Assembly: GCF_025612915.1 (NCBI RefSeq)
Contig: NC_069116.1
Location: forward strand, 24,707,051-24,771,050
From: Crassostrea angulata
Lineage: Eukaryota
DNA: 64,000 nucleotides
Reading direction: 5' to 3'
The notes under the pieces were generated by a model, which was given only the letters and a program-made list of their open reading frames with translations, had not been told where the DNA came from and did no database searches. The translations under genes were made by a program, and so were the position numbers. Below, piece by piece: positions 38,378 through 52,575 of the stretch (position 1 is its first letter; every line of letters begins with the position of its first letter).

Positions 38378-39496
38378 TCATCTCGTTTTTATTAAAGGTT
38401 TTTTCCTCCATAAAATATCATTGGGCCAATTGCCACGGTCCTGAATTTTTAATGGCCGAGGGTTTTGTTCGGGAACATGCGGTTCCATATTTTTAAGTAA
38501 CATGAAATTGATAATTTCTTGCCCAGCGTTTCCGGTTTTAAGCCACTGCCACTCCATAAGAACTGCCCGTACATCGACTTTATCGAAAAATGTTTCGCCG
38601 CCTTTGAAAACTTTGTTTTCATAGCCTTCAACATCAATCTTCATTATCACTTTTCTAAAGTTAAATCTAGGTAATGATAAAACATCGTTTAATCGTATTG
38701 TTTGAACGGTTCCATAATTCCCAACGACCCTACTTCCGATCACTTTGTTGGTATTTTTATCCTTAGCCACAAACGTGCCTCCAACGTTATTTTCATCCAT
38801 TCCGAGTGATACTGTTTCATAGACATCAGAAAATGCATTGTACACAATTTGAACACTATCGGTAAAGTTACCTTCAATCACAGAGGAGCACAATCGCATG
38901 ATGTTCATCGCGAGGGCGTCTACCGCTAGCACTCGTCGCCCAAGCAGGGCGACCGCTAAAGTAAACACACCCACGTTGGAACCAATGTCTACAAAGTGTA
39001 GATCTGGATCCTGCTGTAGTAAGGACAGTATAAGGTTTATATGTTTTCCCTCCCAACTCCCATATCTGATGATTTCCCTGCTAACCCATATATCCTTCCT
39101 CGGGTCATATATATAAATGGTCGTCGAGCCAACATTTGTTCTGAGTTTGGAGCGATAGAATCCAGTGGTATTTCTGCTGCACATACTAGGCTGGACCTTC
39201 CATATCGTCCGATTCCTGCTAAACACTAAATTCCACCCATCGCTGCCTTGTGCTCTGTGCGATAGCTGACTTAAAGTGAAGTGGTTATTTTTTTTATTTG
39301 ATATCATGGTGCGATAGGGCGATGAATTGTTGTGGTAAGCGGTTACATTGCTGAAAACGGCCTCTGTTCGCCGCAGATATAACGCTACAGTTTGTTTCAG
39401 TCTATCCACCGTGTCTTCATAAGTCATAGATGTGAACATGTAGCCAAGACAAAAACCTACAACTAACAGGATGCAAGTTTTCTTTAATCTTGACAT
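38378..39496 (-). CDS. FkbM-family (Methyltransf_21) methyltransferase-domain protein, type II membrane topology (paralog C, about 372 aa from ATG 39496)
   Basis: Signal anchor MSRLKKTCILLVVGFCLGYMF. Motifs are VDIGSNVGVFTLAVALLGRRVLAVD and KIDVEGYENKVFKGG. A tttttttttctttcag acceptor lies immediately upstream of the ATG (the MFFFSFRI of the listed ORF is probably intron/UTR). Confidence 0.7.
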   Translation of the reverse strand: MSRLKKTCILLVVGFCLGYMFTSMTYEDTVDRLKQTVALYLRRTEAVFSNVTAYHNNSSPYRTMISNKKNNHFTLSQLSHRAQGSDGWNLVFSRNRTIWKVQPSMCSRNTTGFYRSKLRTNVGSTTIYIYDPRKDIWVSREIIRYGSWEGKHINLILSLLQQDPDLHFVDIGSNVGVFTLAVALLGRRVLAVDALAMNIMRLCSSVIEGNFTDSVQIVYNAFSDVYETVSLGMDENNVGGTFVAKDKNTNKVIGSRVVGNYGTVQTIRLNDVLSLPRFNFRKVIMKIDVEGYENKVFKGGETFFDKVDVRAVLMEWQWLKTGNAGQEIINFMLLKNMEPHVPEQNPRPLKIQDRGNWPNDILWRKKPLIKTR

Positions 39497-39830
39497 GATC
39501 CTGAAAGAAAAAAAAAACATGTAACAGATGTAAATGTAAATTTCTTTCGAAAGAAAAATTTATAGCAAATTTACAAATCCCCCCCCCCCCCCCCAATTTT
39601 AAATAAAAGGGGCATAACTCCCATATAAAGTCCCAATATGTACAGTAATTTTATATTATATGTCCTTAATAACTTCAAATTTTATAAATCCTGATGAGGG
39701 GATAAGTTGAGTTAGTTGCGCTGACAAGAATAAGACTGAAAATTGTTGCATGGTATTTTTCATTCTTTTCCAATCTTTGTTTCATTAAAGGAAGAAATTG
39801 ATTTTTTTTAAACTCAGTACAGTACACCTG

Positions 39831-39833
<3 letters not shown>

Positions 39834-39886
<53 letters not shown>
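39834..39886. repeat. (GA)n microsatellite
   Basis: Direct reading. Confidence 0.9.
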
Positions 39887-39888
<2 letters not shown>

Positions 39889-41399
39889 TTAATGGAATAT
39901 TTTGATTATTGATCAGAATTGTATCTAAAGCTGTGGGTTTATACATGTAATATTGTTTCGATTTTTAGATTTGATTACTTTGAGTAATTGAAAGTTCATA
40001 TTATTAGAAATGTTTTTTGATATTATGAGATATTTCTTTCTTTGGAGCAGTTGAATAGAATAAGTCATGTATCCAAAATACCGTAATAAGACATAAGGAA
40101 AGGTCGGATTCATTGAATGTTGAAAAAAAAAACACTGGCAACAAATTAATATTTTCGATATTCAGCTGTTGGGGGTAAACAATGGACTCATTAATGACAC
40201 GGAATTCACATTAAGACACCTTTTGTGACCCAAAGGCTTTAGCATGCTTTGACAGAGCATGTGGAGGCCGTTACTCCAGTGTGTTCGATGAAAAAGAGTT
40301 TCGCCTTGGTAGAATTTCTAAATTCAATAATTGATCTGCTTACATTTTTGTTTTCATTCAAAGTTTTACCCCATGATTGATTCGTTACCGTGTCAAACGA
40401 TTCCTATGATCTGAAGAACGTACAGAACTCAAACTATTTTAAAAACGGTTTTTATTTGACCAGAGCTCAATCGTATGACATTAGTTCTTTTAAAAATATG
40501 CAAACCAACTTGAACCAACATCAATATCGATACTAGTAACAACTTAAATTCAATACAAAATCATTGATAAGTAAATTTGATCTGCATAACAGCAACTTCC
40601 TATCTTGAAAAGGGTACCCTATATGCAATATTTTTGCCAAAAAATGACTAAGTTCAACAGATAGTATTTTTTTCATGATTTATTAGAAAGCAAAATCCTA
40701 GTAATATGCACATTTCTGATATATTTACAATTTATCTGCAATTGGTCAACTTCCTATTTTGAAAACAGTAGCAGGAGTTATCTGTACAATAAGGGTACCC
40801 TTTTTTCGCAGCCGCCCGCTCGCCCGCCATATTTATCATTTCAATAACTGGATTTTTCCTTTGGAAAACCTGGTTAAAAATATAACGGGAATGCAGGCGA
40901 TTTATTGTTTTGGAGAATACGTCGCTCACAAAAGTATAGGTTACTTCCCTTCAATCCTTACTTATGCTGGCCGATTTCAAACTTTTCTATTTTTATGATA
41001 GGAAGAGCGTACAGTATAGATAAGGGATGCTAATACTCGCAACTGAATTTCTAAAAAGTAAAAAAACCAACAAAATAAACCAAACAAAATGAAGTGAAAT
41101 AAATCAATTACAGTTCAATATTAGCGAAATGGTTAAGATGGAAAGATTGGCTTATTTTTCGTGTTTAATGGAACGGTATAACCCATGGCCGAAAGATGAT
41201 TTTTCTTAAAGATATATTTAACCATCATCAAACTTTTTTGTCCGGTCGCAGTGTTTTCTCAAGTCAAATATTTTTTTAAATGCCAAAAAAAAAAAAATGA
41301 AGATTTCAGCGGTTTTTAATGTTTCCTTTACCTTGCTGTCATACTTTTAGTTCTTCATTATCAAAAATTTATACTTCAATGTCTTATTTTTAATTAGCT

Positions 41400-41625
41400 G
41401 CAGGTCTGTAGCTCCCGGTCGGAAAAAAATCAGATTGACGACCTGGGAGTATAGTGCCACCCATGGAAAAAAATTTGTATTTATTGCGCACAAAACGTGC
41501 GCTAGTTTTGGACTGACTAATCTTATCTGTACGCATATTCTGTATAAACAATCAGTACCATGAAATTCGATATTGTCTCTTAACTTGCTTCAGACTTTCT
41601 CCGGAACTCGCTACAGACCTAGGAA
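41400..41625. mobile_element. Short MITE-like element with about 20-bp imperfect TIRs (aggtctgtagc…cgg)
   Basis: tgcaggtctgtagctcccggtcgg … ccggaactcgctacagacctagg; internal palindrome gcgcacaaaacgtgcgc. Confidence 0.35.
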
Positions 41626-44018
41626 AATCAAATATGTTAATTTAATAAACAATCTAAGGCCCCTTTCACAAAGATGTTTAAAATAAGATAGAACTTAAGA
41701 TACGCCTTGTAACATATATAATGAAGGTTCCTGATATAAAATCTTTCATCGCTGTTTCACAATTTGGAACTCTTTATAGTTATTACATGTATATATCAAG
41801 ACACAAATGCCATGAAAATGCAATATTTACAAGCCAACGAGGTTCATCCCCCCACCACCTCTCCTGCTGCCTGAAAACTCTTATAAAAAGCAAATTTCAA
41901 CGATATGATAGACTTTTCCAACCAGTACGTTAAATCTACACGAACACACACTTTTTAACAATGAACTGTATATTTTATGCACAAATTCATTTTTTCTAAC
42001 TAAGATAAAATAGCATTAAAGGAGACATTGGAAAAGTAACCATGCAGGGAAAAAAGGGGGGATAATGCCAAATTTGTGCAAAGGTAAATCCAATAGATAT
42101 TTCAATTTCTCATAGAAGGGTACATTTACGACAAATGAAGTGTTTTATCTGTAGCGAATCGAGAAAAGAAATCCAAAATAAAGCGATAGCAAGGGAAAAC
42201 TGGTGGCGATCATTTGCCAGTAGATTAATCGTGATGTTAATGCTCATCCAAATAAAGAACTATTAATTATTAAATGAATAATTTTTGTTCTTAACGACAT
42301 TTTGGTCACTCTATCTGAACAAATCCTCGTTTTTCTTAATTACACGTTTCAAAATCTGGGGGGGGGGGGGGGAAGGGGGGTGTCGGAACTCACCAAACCC
42401 CAACCCCACCATTTTTAGATCCGTGCATGAATTGGACTACTTTCACCAAGGATACAGACACATCTGTAGAACAATCCTTGATATCATGCTTCACTTTCAC
42501 CTGTAGGTAATCAGTAACCGTCTAAAACATCATCACAAAGTAGACCTGGCCTGGAGAGGAAGTTGATAGTGAATGTGTCCTAATATTATTTGTTTTCCAT
42601 GCGCGAATCTAGAGAGGGGCTCAGGGGGGAACATTATAAAATTATCAAAAATATGCCTCAGACCCCCCCCCCCCCTCCCCCCGGAAAACTCAAATTACCG
42701 GACTCCCCTGGAAAATTTTCTGGATCAGTGCATGGAACTTTTCGATGTCCTTACAAATGTGGTGAAGAGTTTAAACAGTTATACAAACTCACAGTCTAAT
42801 TGATAGACGTTTATGATTAATTTTTTTTCCCACTAGAGCTAATTATTTTCCTTAAAAATCCATTTTCCATACCTACTTCCCAAAATTTTAGACGGAGTCA
42901 CGTACAGTATGGGGAGGGGGTGGGGGGGGGGTGTGGAAATAAACAACAATGCAGGGAGGACAATTTATGGCTCGCTGAAAACAGGGTCAACAATCTCGCG
43001 TCGAGTCACAAATCGGCACCCTTGAAACTCTCTGGCGGCCACAAAACCGAAACAGGTATCATTTCTTTAACTTATTTTAAAGTAAAATCCCCACCTAAGA
43101 TTCCGCAATGTTTTATTGTTTTATGAAAATAAAACTTGCGATACTTAATTTAAACAGCAATTTCTAATGATAAAGGGCAGGGTGTTACCCAAATGATTAT
43201 TTAATTTAAAAAAAAAAGGTTTTGTTAGCGGAGATGAACAAACTAATCTTACCTGTTTGACTCCAGAATGATAGCCAGTGACAATTGATCCGTAGGGTAG
43301 TCAACACTGGGCTAAACAGATGCATTCACTGAGTCGTGTAAAAACACGTGGATTTCCATTTTTGTAATAGCAAGTGGGAGCGTGGCATGGCAATACTGTT
43401 TACTGCAAATATTTTAAAATTCCCACCTACCCATCTAGTCAATTTACTGCTGATGAGTATCTGTTCTAATTACTGGCATGCAGACTTGTAATTGCTTAAA
43501 CTAATTAAAACTGATTGTTTTCAACATTTAAAAAATGTTTCATACTACTAATGTAGTATTGGGAAAATAAATGATAAAAATTTAATTTTATAAATCATAA
43601 ATACAAATTTATAATTCATTCCTCTGACAACAAATATACAATTTGTATGGAATCCTGATAGGGCCATACAGTTCACTATTGCATCATTGCACCACCGAGG
43701 TTTATATACATTAACAGTATTCATTTGATTTATACATCAGATGTTTTAGATATAATGTGCATTTTTATCGCTAAAAAGCATATGTTGTAGTTTTACAAAA
43801 AAGAAGAGTTACACGGGTTGATCCAAAAGTAATGTCACACTATGCACAACGCCTCTTACTGGCGCTGTATTGTATAAAATGACACATCAAAATTTTTCTT
43901 ATCAAAATTTCTTGTCAAAATTCTAATTTGAATTAAAATTTTGATTAAATTTCGTTGAACATTTAACAAAATATTGATATTTTCATCATAATATATACTA
44001 GTGGCATGTTGTAATATG

Positions 44019-44052
<34 letters not shown>

Positions 44053-45671
44053 ACAACATGACACTAGTACATGACATCGCCGCTTCAGGAATTTATATCT
44101 TTTTTAAGATTCGTATTTTTCAATAAATTTCAAGCTTCAAAAGTTGAAAAAGCCCCCCAAAACAAAATGTTTTGAAACAGATATAACAAACTTTACCTGA
44201 CTGTTTAAAAAAATTAGGGAACCCTACCATGCATTTAAGGAAGGAGTCTTTTTATTATCAAACATACTTCTTATAAGAAATGCATGAAATTTTGACACAG
44301 TCAAACGGATCATATTACTTAATGATTCTATCAGTTTAATTAAACTTGACCTTTATGTTTTCGGATAAAGGTCAGGTCAAGGTCACTACCTTTTTCCTCA
44401 ACGTAAAGAGTGATAAAAATAAGTGTAGCTCTTTATAGTTCTGTAGACATTTGTTTAAGATTTGAAGATTCAAATCTTCAATGAAATCATAGACCATGAG
44501 AGTGTCTATCAGCTTATACTACTAAATTGGAATAAATATTTATACTAAAATTTATATTGCTTAGCCCGCATTTCCTCTAATTTTCTTAAATTTTGAAGAA
44601 ATTTTGATTATTTTTTAATGCTTCCGATAATAAAATATTTCTAATTTTTATGTATTCTGAAGACTTTATATAAAGATATAAATTGACAGAAAAGCTAATA
44701 TATTGACCGTTTCATAAGAGAGAAAAACTGATTTTAGTGATTTTTTCACAAAAATCAATGTATAGAATGGGCGCTTTAAAAAGCTTATAAAAATGTTATT
44801 TGATAAGCAAATCATATTTTAAAAACATATTCTGAAACCCAAGTATATTATTATTTCACATTAGTAAAAAAAAATCCAACATTATTGTTATTGTTTTTAA
44901 AATGCGAAAACAGACTCATTATATATATATAATCTGCAGCAATTCTGAATTGCGCAACATGTGATATTTTCCTACGCCAATATTACGCCAAAAATATAGT
45001 CCTTGTTCCATTCTAAACATTGATTACATTTTTCTATTCCAAGTTGTATGATAGTAAAAAAGAAAGAAAAATTTACTATTTTAATTTCCTTTCATCTTGA
45101 TTTAATGAACAATTAATCAAATTTACGTTTGACAAGTCGAAACCCAGAAAAGACTCCTTCCTTAAGATGTCTTCGCAATGCCTTTTGTCTCCAGATCAAT
45201 GAATAGAAAGACTGGAATTGTGAATAGTGATACGATGCATTTTTTGCTTCGATTGATAGAAATCACAAAAAAATGTATTTGAATTGTTATATACATGTCT
45301 TAATCTTTCAGCAGACGTCAATTTTTACCAATTGAGGCTTAGAATGAAAATACATTCCTTTGATACCTTTCCTAATCGGATTGTGAATTGAAGAATTTAT
45401 GTGAAAATAAATTCATTCAAACTTTTATGTTAAATGGTAGTGAAAACAATTATAACTGTAAAGAAATTCGTTATAAAAGTGTTAATTTCGTTATTATTCA
45501 CCTCTACGGAACTCAGAATCAGTTCGCTATATCCGAAAATTCGATACATCCGAATTCGTTTTAATAGTAAAATTTTGCAAAGATTTGTTAAGAGTTTTAT
45601 AGGGGACTCAAAAAAACTTCGCCATATCCGAGATTCGCTATATCCGTGTTTTACTGTAGTTATATATCACT

Positions 45672-45928
45672 ACTGTAATGAAAAAACCCTGAGACTATCA
45701 AAAAACCCTGAGGAAACCCTGAGTGGCACTGAGAAAACCCTGAGAGAACCTGAGGTCGGCACTGAGAATATACTGAGGAAACCCCGAGGGACCCTGAGGT
45801 TTGCACTGAGGGTACTGAGGAAACCCTGAGGGACCCTGAGGTTTGCACTGAGGGTACTGAGGAAGCCCTGAGAGACCCTGAGGTCGGCACTGAGGGTACT
45901 GAGGACACCCTGAGAGACCCTGAGGTCA
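45672..45928 (+). repeat. Array of a 42-bp minisatellite (CACTGAGGGTACTGAGGAAACCCTGAGGGACCCTGAGGTTTG, about 6 units); left arm of a large inverted repeat
   Basis: The reverse-complement array at 49370-49666 includes the same unique 50-bp lead-in (ctgtaatgaaaaaaccctgagactatcaaaaaaccctgagg). Confidence 0.85.
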
Positions 45929-47818
45929 CTTTTATTAGAAAAACGATCCAAATTATTCGATTAAATAAAGTTATAAAAGCTAATATAATTATTTTTTATA
46001 ATGATTATTTATATTTCTATTTTGTCGAAATTTCTTTTTAGTGACTCTGAGATTAAGTAAGAAAAAGAAATAATGAGCCATGTTATATTGTCTTATTATA
46101 TCAAGGCTTATTTTTTTGTTCAAACTACAACAAAGTTTTTTTGTTATTTTACAATAAGCATGCATAAAAAATAATATCTAATTTAAATAATGTTATTTAT
46201 TTCAATTTGACATCTGATTAAAATAGAACTTCTACTGTACTCTTTTTTCTGTAACACTGCATATTACCTTCTACTAAAACTTCCGTTGTGTATATCAATT
46301 GTCAATTCTATTGTTTGCCCATGATCAGAAAAACACTGGAACTAACACAGAATATACAAGATATACACACGCCAGTTTGCTGCATGTAAAGAACAGGTGC
46401 CCGAGGCAATATTGGAAATATATTACAGCTGTGAAATTGTCGCGAATTGATTCAACTGAAAAGTCAGCTGTGTATATTATCATTGTTAGTAAAAGAAAAA
46501 CTATAAAGTAGCAAACAATGTCAAAGTTTTAACACAACAGATTGTTTCATGTAATGCATGTAACAGGTGCCCGAGACAATGTTTGAAATATATCACAATT
46601 TTAAAATAAGATGTAGTTAATTTCATTTATATGCATTTAATAATATCTATAAAGATACATGCACACATAAAATGAAGTTTATTGCTAAAATGTGTTTGAT
46701 AACTTAGGAATATCTAGCTAAGCGATAGTGTTACTTAATATTGTATAGTTTACGTGTAAATTAGTATCTCTATTTAGAAAATTGAAATTTGATATCAGTT
46801 TGGGAGTTCTTTTTATTAACAAAGTTAAACCAACTTTTAAATAAAAAAAAACTACACTTGTACCCGTGACCGGTATTTCGATGTCTGTAAAGATAACCGT
46901 TCGTTGGTTTGACACGTAGGCAAAGTCAAGAGCTGTCTGCCTCGTCTATATCACAGCACAGAAAACAAAACTGAATGTTATAGATGATCTGAACTACCTA
47001 CTGCAGAATTGTACATGTGTCAATTTCAGTCTAAGAAAGATGTTTGTGAAGTGTAATGTCAAAGAAAATCTCTATTGTAGTAAGTTCTAAACACTGTTCG
47101 TTCTACCCACTAAGTTTTCAAATTTGAGCATAATTTTTTTTATATCATACATATACAGGCTTACACACGTACATCCCAGGCACGTAGCATCGATTTTTCT
47201 CTCAACAAATTAAACATTTAACTTGGATTACATATGAATCAACATGCATATGGAGTCCCCTCCTCTTTTTGGGAGCACGTAAGAAATTAAAGTAAAATGA
47301 AAGAAATTAACAATGAAAATGTGCTACAAATTGATAAACAGACCCAATACGCCCCCTCCCATATATAGCAATAGATATAATTTTCACGATTTTGAAAAGT
47401 GACATTCTTCTCCGTATTGTCAAGATTTTTTGATAAGGTTGCTCCCCCCCCCCCTTTTCAAAAAACGATGCAAGTAGAAATTCAATTTCAAAATGTTGAA
47501 CGTTCCGAATTTAGAAATATTTTCCACCCGATTGAATTTTGATATTTCTTGTTACCGGAAATGCCAAGACAGGGGAAGGGAAATTCCGAGGTCAGTCTGT
47601 CTTGTATTAATAATTTTAAATAAAGGACCTGTCGAGGAATTCAATTTTAACATAGCACGGAAATTTTGAATGTTTACGATGCACAACAGAGACTGATAAG
47701 TTGAATCAAAATGTATGTCTATACATGAAAAAAAAAACCTCCTCTAATGAAATGTGTGTGTCATTAAAACAAACCTGAAGTGAAATGATTTTGCTTTTTT
47801 TCCTTATAGTACCATAAT

Positions 47819-47936
47819 TTTTTTCTTAAGTTAATGTTACATTGTACTACTGACGCTTATTTGTATTGATGGTACTACCATCAATACAAATAAGCGTCAG
47901 TAGTACAATGTAACATTAACTTAAGAAAAAAATTAG
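47819..47936. repeat. Perfect 118-bp palindrome (59-bp arms, no spacer)
   Basis: ttttttcttaagttaatgttacattgtactactgacgcttatttgtattgatggta|ctaccatcaatacaaataagcgtcagtagtacaatgtaacattaacttaagaaaaaaa. Confidence 0.85.
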
Positions 47937-48045
47937 ACACATCGTAAAAAAATCTTCATTTCAAGTCAAATTCGGTTCACAACAATCCCCCCCCCCTTCC
48001 CCGTCTTCGACCAAATAATTCGCCGCCCCAATATGAAGTACTTTC

Positions 48046-48048
<3 letters not shown>

Positions 48049-48122
<74 letters not shown>
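48049..48122. repeat. (CT)n microsatellite, about 37 units
   Basis: Direct reading. Confidence 0.9.
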
Positions 48123-48127
<5 letters not shown>

Positions 48128-48688
48128 ACTTTATATATGTTTAGTACTACTAAATGTAGCCTGCGGTAATATTGCCAGTGTTTAAAATCGTGTATTTCAA
48201 TTTTTATTGATCATTGATTGTCTTGTTCTGATTCGAAGTCCATGATAAAAAAAAAGTACTGTGTACGATAGACGATGTACTGTCTCCTTTGTGTATAAGT
48301 ACGAAACACATTCTTTTATTTGTCTGGGATCAAGAAAAACCTCGGAAATAACAGACAAGGCTCAGACTATACACGAGACAGTGACCGCGGCGAGGTGTGA
48401 ATATTGGCCACCTGTGTATATATCTTGTAGTATCAAAATAAACAGCTCCAAACGGCGGGGAATTACGGTTCACCGGATTTTTATGTAAATATAAAAGTGA
48501 TTTCGCCCGGGTCTACATGGAAATCAAATCATAGTAAAGGAAATTAATTTTGAATAGGACTATATTTATAAAGTGATCGCTAAAAATCGGGATATAAGAA
48601 ATATGTATTATAATTATAGCGATCAAAATCAGTTTATTCCATATTTTATTCGGGTTTGTAAATGAAGTTTTATTTTGTTTTCCTTACC

Positions 48689-48691
<3 letters not shown>

Positions 48692-48752
<61 letters not shown>
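48692..48752. repeat. (GA)n microsatellite, about 30 units
   Basis: Direct reading. Confidence 0.9.
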
Positions 48753-48756
<4 letters not shown>

Positions 48757-49369
48757 TGGATTTTTTTAACCTCACACCATTTTACTGTCTAAGCATTAGA
48801 ATAGTTTACCGATCTATGTTTTTTTCATACTGTACAAGAATATGCGATATGATATATCAAAATACATCTACACTGTCTTGTTTCAAATTAGAAATACCGG
48901 TAATTGAATCTATGAATGCTCATAAGTCAACTATGTTCTGTTAGGGCGACTAAAATGATTAATTAAATGAATAAAAATGAACATGATTATTTATTTTAAA
49001 AACATTACATTTTACGGCCGACTACTATATTTCATTTCTGAAGAATACTTTATATGTAAAAGGTTTGTTTTTAATTTTCAAATAACAAATTAATTAAAAC
49101 ATTGGGTTCCTCGCTTTTCGCATGTTAAACCAGTATACAATGTACATTCAATAAGTACAGAATACATACTCATCCTTTCTGTTTATGTATTTTCCCTTAC
49201 AATTAATTAAAGATGCTGTTTAAATAAGAAAGTCTGATCATTTGCAATTGCATCAGTAAAATAAATTTATACCAAATTAATGCAATGTTACTCATGTTTA
49301 TATTTATTTTTAAATATGATTACGCCAATTGTTGGATAATGAAGGATTTTTTAAATTTACGTATTATGT

Positions 49370-49666
49370 GCCGACCTCAGGGTCTCTCAGGGTTTTATCA
49401 GTACCCTCAGTGCCGACCTCAGGGTCTCTCAGGGCTTCCTCAGTACCCTCAGTGCCGACCTCAGGGTCTCTCAGGGTTTCCTCAGTACCCTCAGTGCAAA
49501 CCTCAGGGTCCCTCAGGGTTTCCTCAGTACCCTCAGTGCAAACCTCAGGGTCTCTCAGGGTTTCCTCAGTATTCTCAGTGCCGACCTCAGGTTCTCTCAG
49601 GGTTTTCTCAGTGCCACTCAGGGTTTCCTCAGGGTTTTTTGATAGTCTCAGGGTTTTTTCATTACA
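49370..49666 (-). repeat. 42-bp minisatellite array, right (inverted) arm
   Basis: Reverse complement of 45672-45928 including the unique lead-in. Confidence 0.85.
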
Positions 49667-49914
49667 GTATACCATAAAACGGGAAATATACTTTCTATGA
49701 AATGACGGAATGCATGCTTTACATTCAAATATTTACATTTTTCAGTGCCTTTGCTTGTAATAACTCTACCTATCGATTCCGTACAATATAGTCCAATAAA
49801 TTCAAATGACGTTTATTGGGGCGCAAACGGGGTTTGCTTAATTACATTCAATCATTTAATCGTACAATTGCTGATAATAATATAACTATAAGTAATAAGG
49901 AATCATGCTTTAAA

Positions 49915-50030
49915 ATTATGAGAAGATAATTTTGGTCGGGGCCGTGATCAAATCTATCATAAAGCCCTTCGGGTTGTATTGGATTTGATCACGCCCGGAC
50001 CAAAATTATTACCTCATAATACTCAAAGAA
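49915..50030. mobile_element. MITE-like element (family A, copy 2)
   Basis: TIRs ttatgagaagataattttggtcgggg / ccggaccaaaattattacctcataa. The core 'tcaaatc.a.aaagccc..ggg' is shared with 7563-7680. Confidence 0.5.
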
Positions 50031-52575
50031 TGCTTCCTTATTCCTTAAATCTTGTTTATGTTTTTAAAAAAATGGAGTCAACGAAAGGTTAGATGGGGTT
50101 TTGTAGCCAAGAGAAAGAACAACACACACAAAAAATATCTTTATATTTCCTTTTTCAGAATGAATCAATGAATACGTTTGTATGCGCGACCTTAAATCGA
50201 TCCCTTGTCGTCAAAGTGTGCAATGGTGATATTCTGTCTCCATATCAATGAGGAGAGAGAAAAAGCAGATTATCCACGCGGTTTGAATACGAACTTTTTA
50301 TAAGGAAATATACGCCGAAAATTACAGAAAAGTGCGAACCCGTGGAATGAAATGGCCATTATTTCTAGTTCAGTAGGCGTGGCGGCGATTCCAAGTATTC
50401 TAAAATATATTATATTGTTTCTGGGGATTATTGTAATGGGCCATTGTGGGATGACGGGTGCACTGGATTGGCACAATATGCACATTATCATCATTGTTCA
50501 CAACAATTTTATTACCGGGGATTAATGGGAAAACAAAATAACGCTTTCGTCTAGGATCAAGTCGCATCCATCAGAGAGGCGCAAACAAAAAAGAGTTAAT
50601 TTGCGATCTATAACGCTTAGTTCGAGTAACAGTAGTACTACGTACGGCCGCTCCCTGGCTGAACTGTACGTTTAACCATAACTCAAACAGCTCCAAAATT
50701 ATCGCAGTCCATCTAGGGAAATCAAATAACCACGCTCAGATGGGAATAAAATATCAGTTTATTCATTCATTATCTATTCACCATCTAATTCATACAATAG
50801 CAAATGAACGACAAGTTTCATATTCTCGCCCGACATTGTGATTCATTGTAGTGCGACTTCTAAATTGGCTGAAAAAGTATATAAAAGCTAGTAGCGTTCT
50901 TGACCAAGGTCACGTGACACGTCATCTTCATCTAAAGAGTGACTAAAGCTTAATTCTACATCGACCTTAGTACCCCTGCGAATGTTATTGTCATTTAAAT
51001 TTAGACCACGTGGTTTTATTTGACCCTTTTAGTTTCGCAGTAAAAATTGTGCCTCATGATGATAGTCTATTTCTTAGAATTTATAGGTACTTGTAGTCAA
51101 ATGTAAAATCTAGGCATTTATTGATTTTAAACTTTATCTTCATTAATTAGAGGATAAAACGAGTTCTAGAAATAAATATGTAAATATAAATTATAATTTT
51201 TTTCTGCTATTGCAACAATTAACTTGCTTAGTAACGGTTCCCCTTTTAGGATTAATGTTTGATCCGCGCCTGACCTAGTAATAGCATCAATTGTAAAACA
51301 GACTATAATATTTTATGCAGAATATTCCTTGAACATAGCTCGATATACTAAGTTTTTATGCAAACCAAACACCCATTCTTTTTTTAAAAAGCATGGTATT
51401 GCACGCCAAAAGCATCAAACATGGCTATGATTTTATTAGGCAACCAATGTTTATACTTTCAACCACGTGTAGAGTGGTTGAACACGAACGATAACTCTGT
51501 TCTAAATATTATCGTTTAGTTTAAATAACCTCTAGAGGATGAAATAAAACATATATCTTAACAGATTTTCATGTTTTAACATAAATCAAAGTAGGATATG
51601 ATATGAACAATGACCAGAACTTACGTATTTTGAGAATATTATCCGAACACTTACACTTCCGCTCAAAATTTCACAGGAACTGAACAAATCTCGGTGAAGT
51701 CTCGTGAACTTTCATTCGAGCATCTCTGGATTTATTACATACTTAGCTACGATAAAGGAAACATTCCGGACACATTCGCAGGGGTGCTTAGGGTATTGAT
51801 GTTATTTAGAGTGTAAACTCAAGAAGCTACGATGGTCTAAGTATTTAAATCAGGCTCGTAGCTGAGTCAAAGTATACAACCTGGCCATTTTGAAAAATTT
51901 AATATGGAAAACTGAATCACGTCAAATGTATGCTAAATAATTTTAATATAAAGCAGATTGAAAGCTTTCAAAAATTAGCCATGTAAAGTATGGCAGGATA
52001 AAGACAAGAACAAATCTGGTATTTACAGGACTTGTACAGACGTCTCTGGTTTACAGGAAGAACTTGTAAACATAAATCACGTGACTTATCGTAGGTTTGC
52101 CCAAACTATGAATCAAATAATCTGTCTCAGGTTTATAAAGCCTAAGGTATAACTTGTGTTTAGTTTACGGAAATCACGAACATGTAACTTCTCTCAGTTT
52201 GAATGATAAAAACTACAAAGGTTTAAAGGGATTAAATTTTGCATTGGGTTTACAGGAATATGACTGCTGTATGGTTTAATTAAAGGAATCAAATACCTTA
52301 GCCATGTTTTACACGAATTACATGACTGACTTTTCTATGGTTTACAGGAATCACATGACTTGTCTGGGGAATATAGGAACTGCATGACCGGTCTTATGTT
52401 TACACCATACACAAGATATTTCTCCAGTTTAAATTACATCATCTGTTTTTAGCCAAACAAATCTGAACATGAAGTTACATCCAAGGTTGTTGCATCTAAA
52501 ATAATCAGACTGAAAAAAAGGTATTATTTTATTGATTAAATTGAGTGAGAGTACAATCAAATGATCTTTATCCTG

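Larger units (their letters stand above)
45672..49666. mobile_element. Candidate foldback-type transposable element (about 4 kb) whose termini are inverted arrays of a 42-bp tandem repeat
   Basis: Terminal inverted arms at 45672-45928 and 49370-49666. The interior is AT-rich with no convincing ORF, (CT)n and (GA)n microsatellites and a perfect 118-bp palindrome. The architecture resembles Drosophila FB elements. Confidence 0.35.

Noticed and set aside
45434-49700. ORFs of 89-131 aa overlapping the 42-bp minisatellite arrays (SGSLRVSSVPSV…, PQGLSGFPQY…)
   Set aside because: These are repeat-derived periodic ORFs, present in mirror image on both arms of the inverted repeat.
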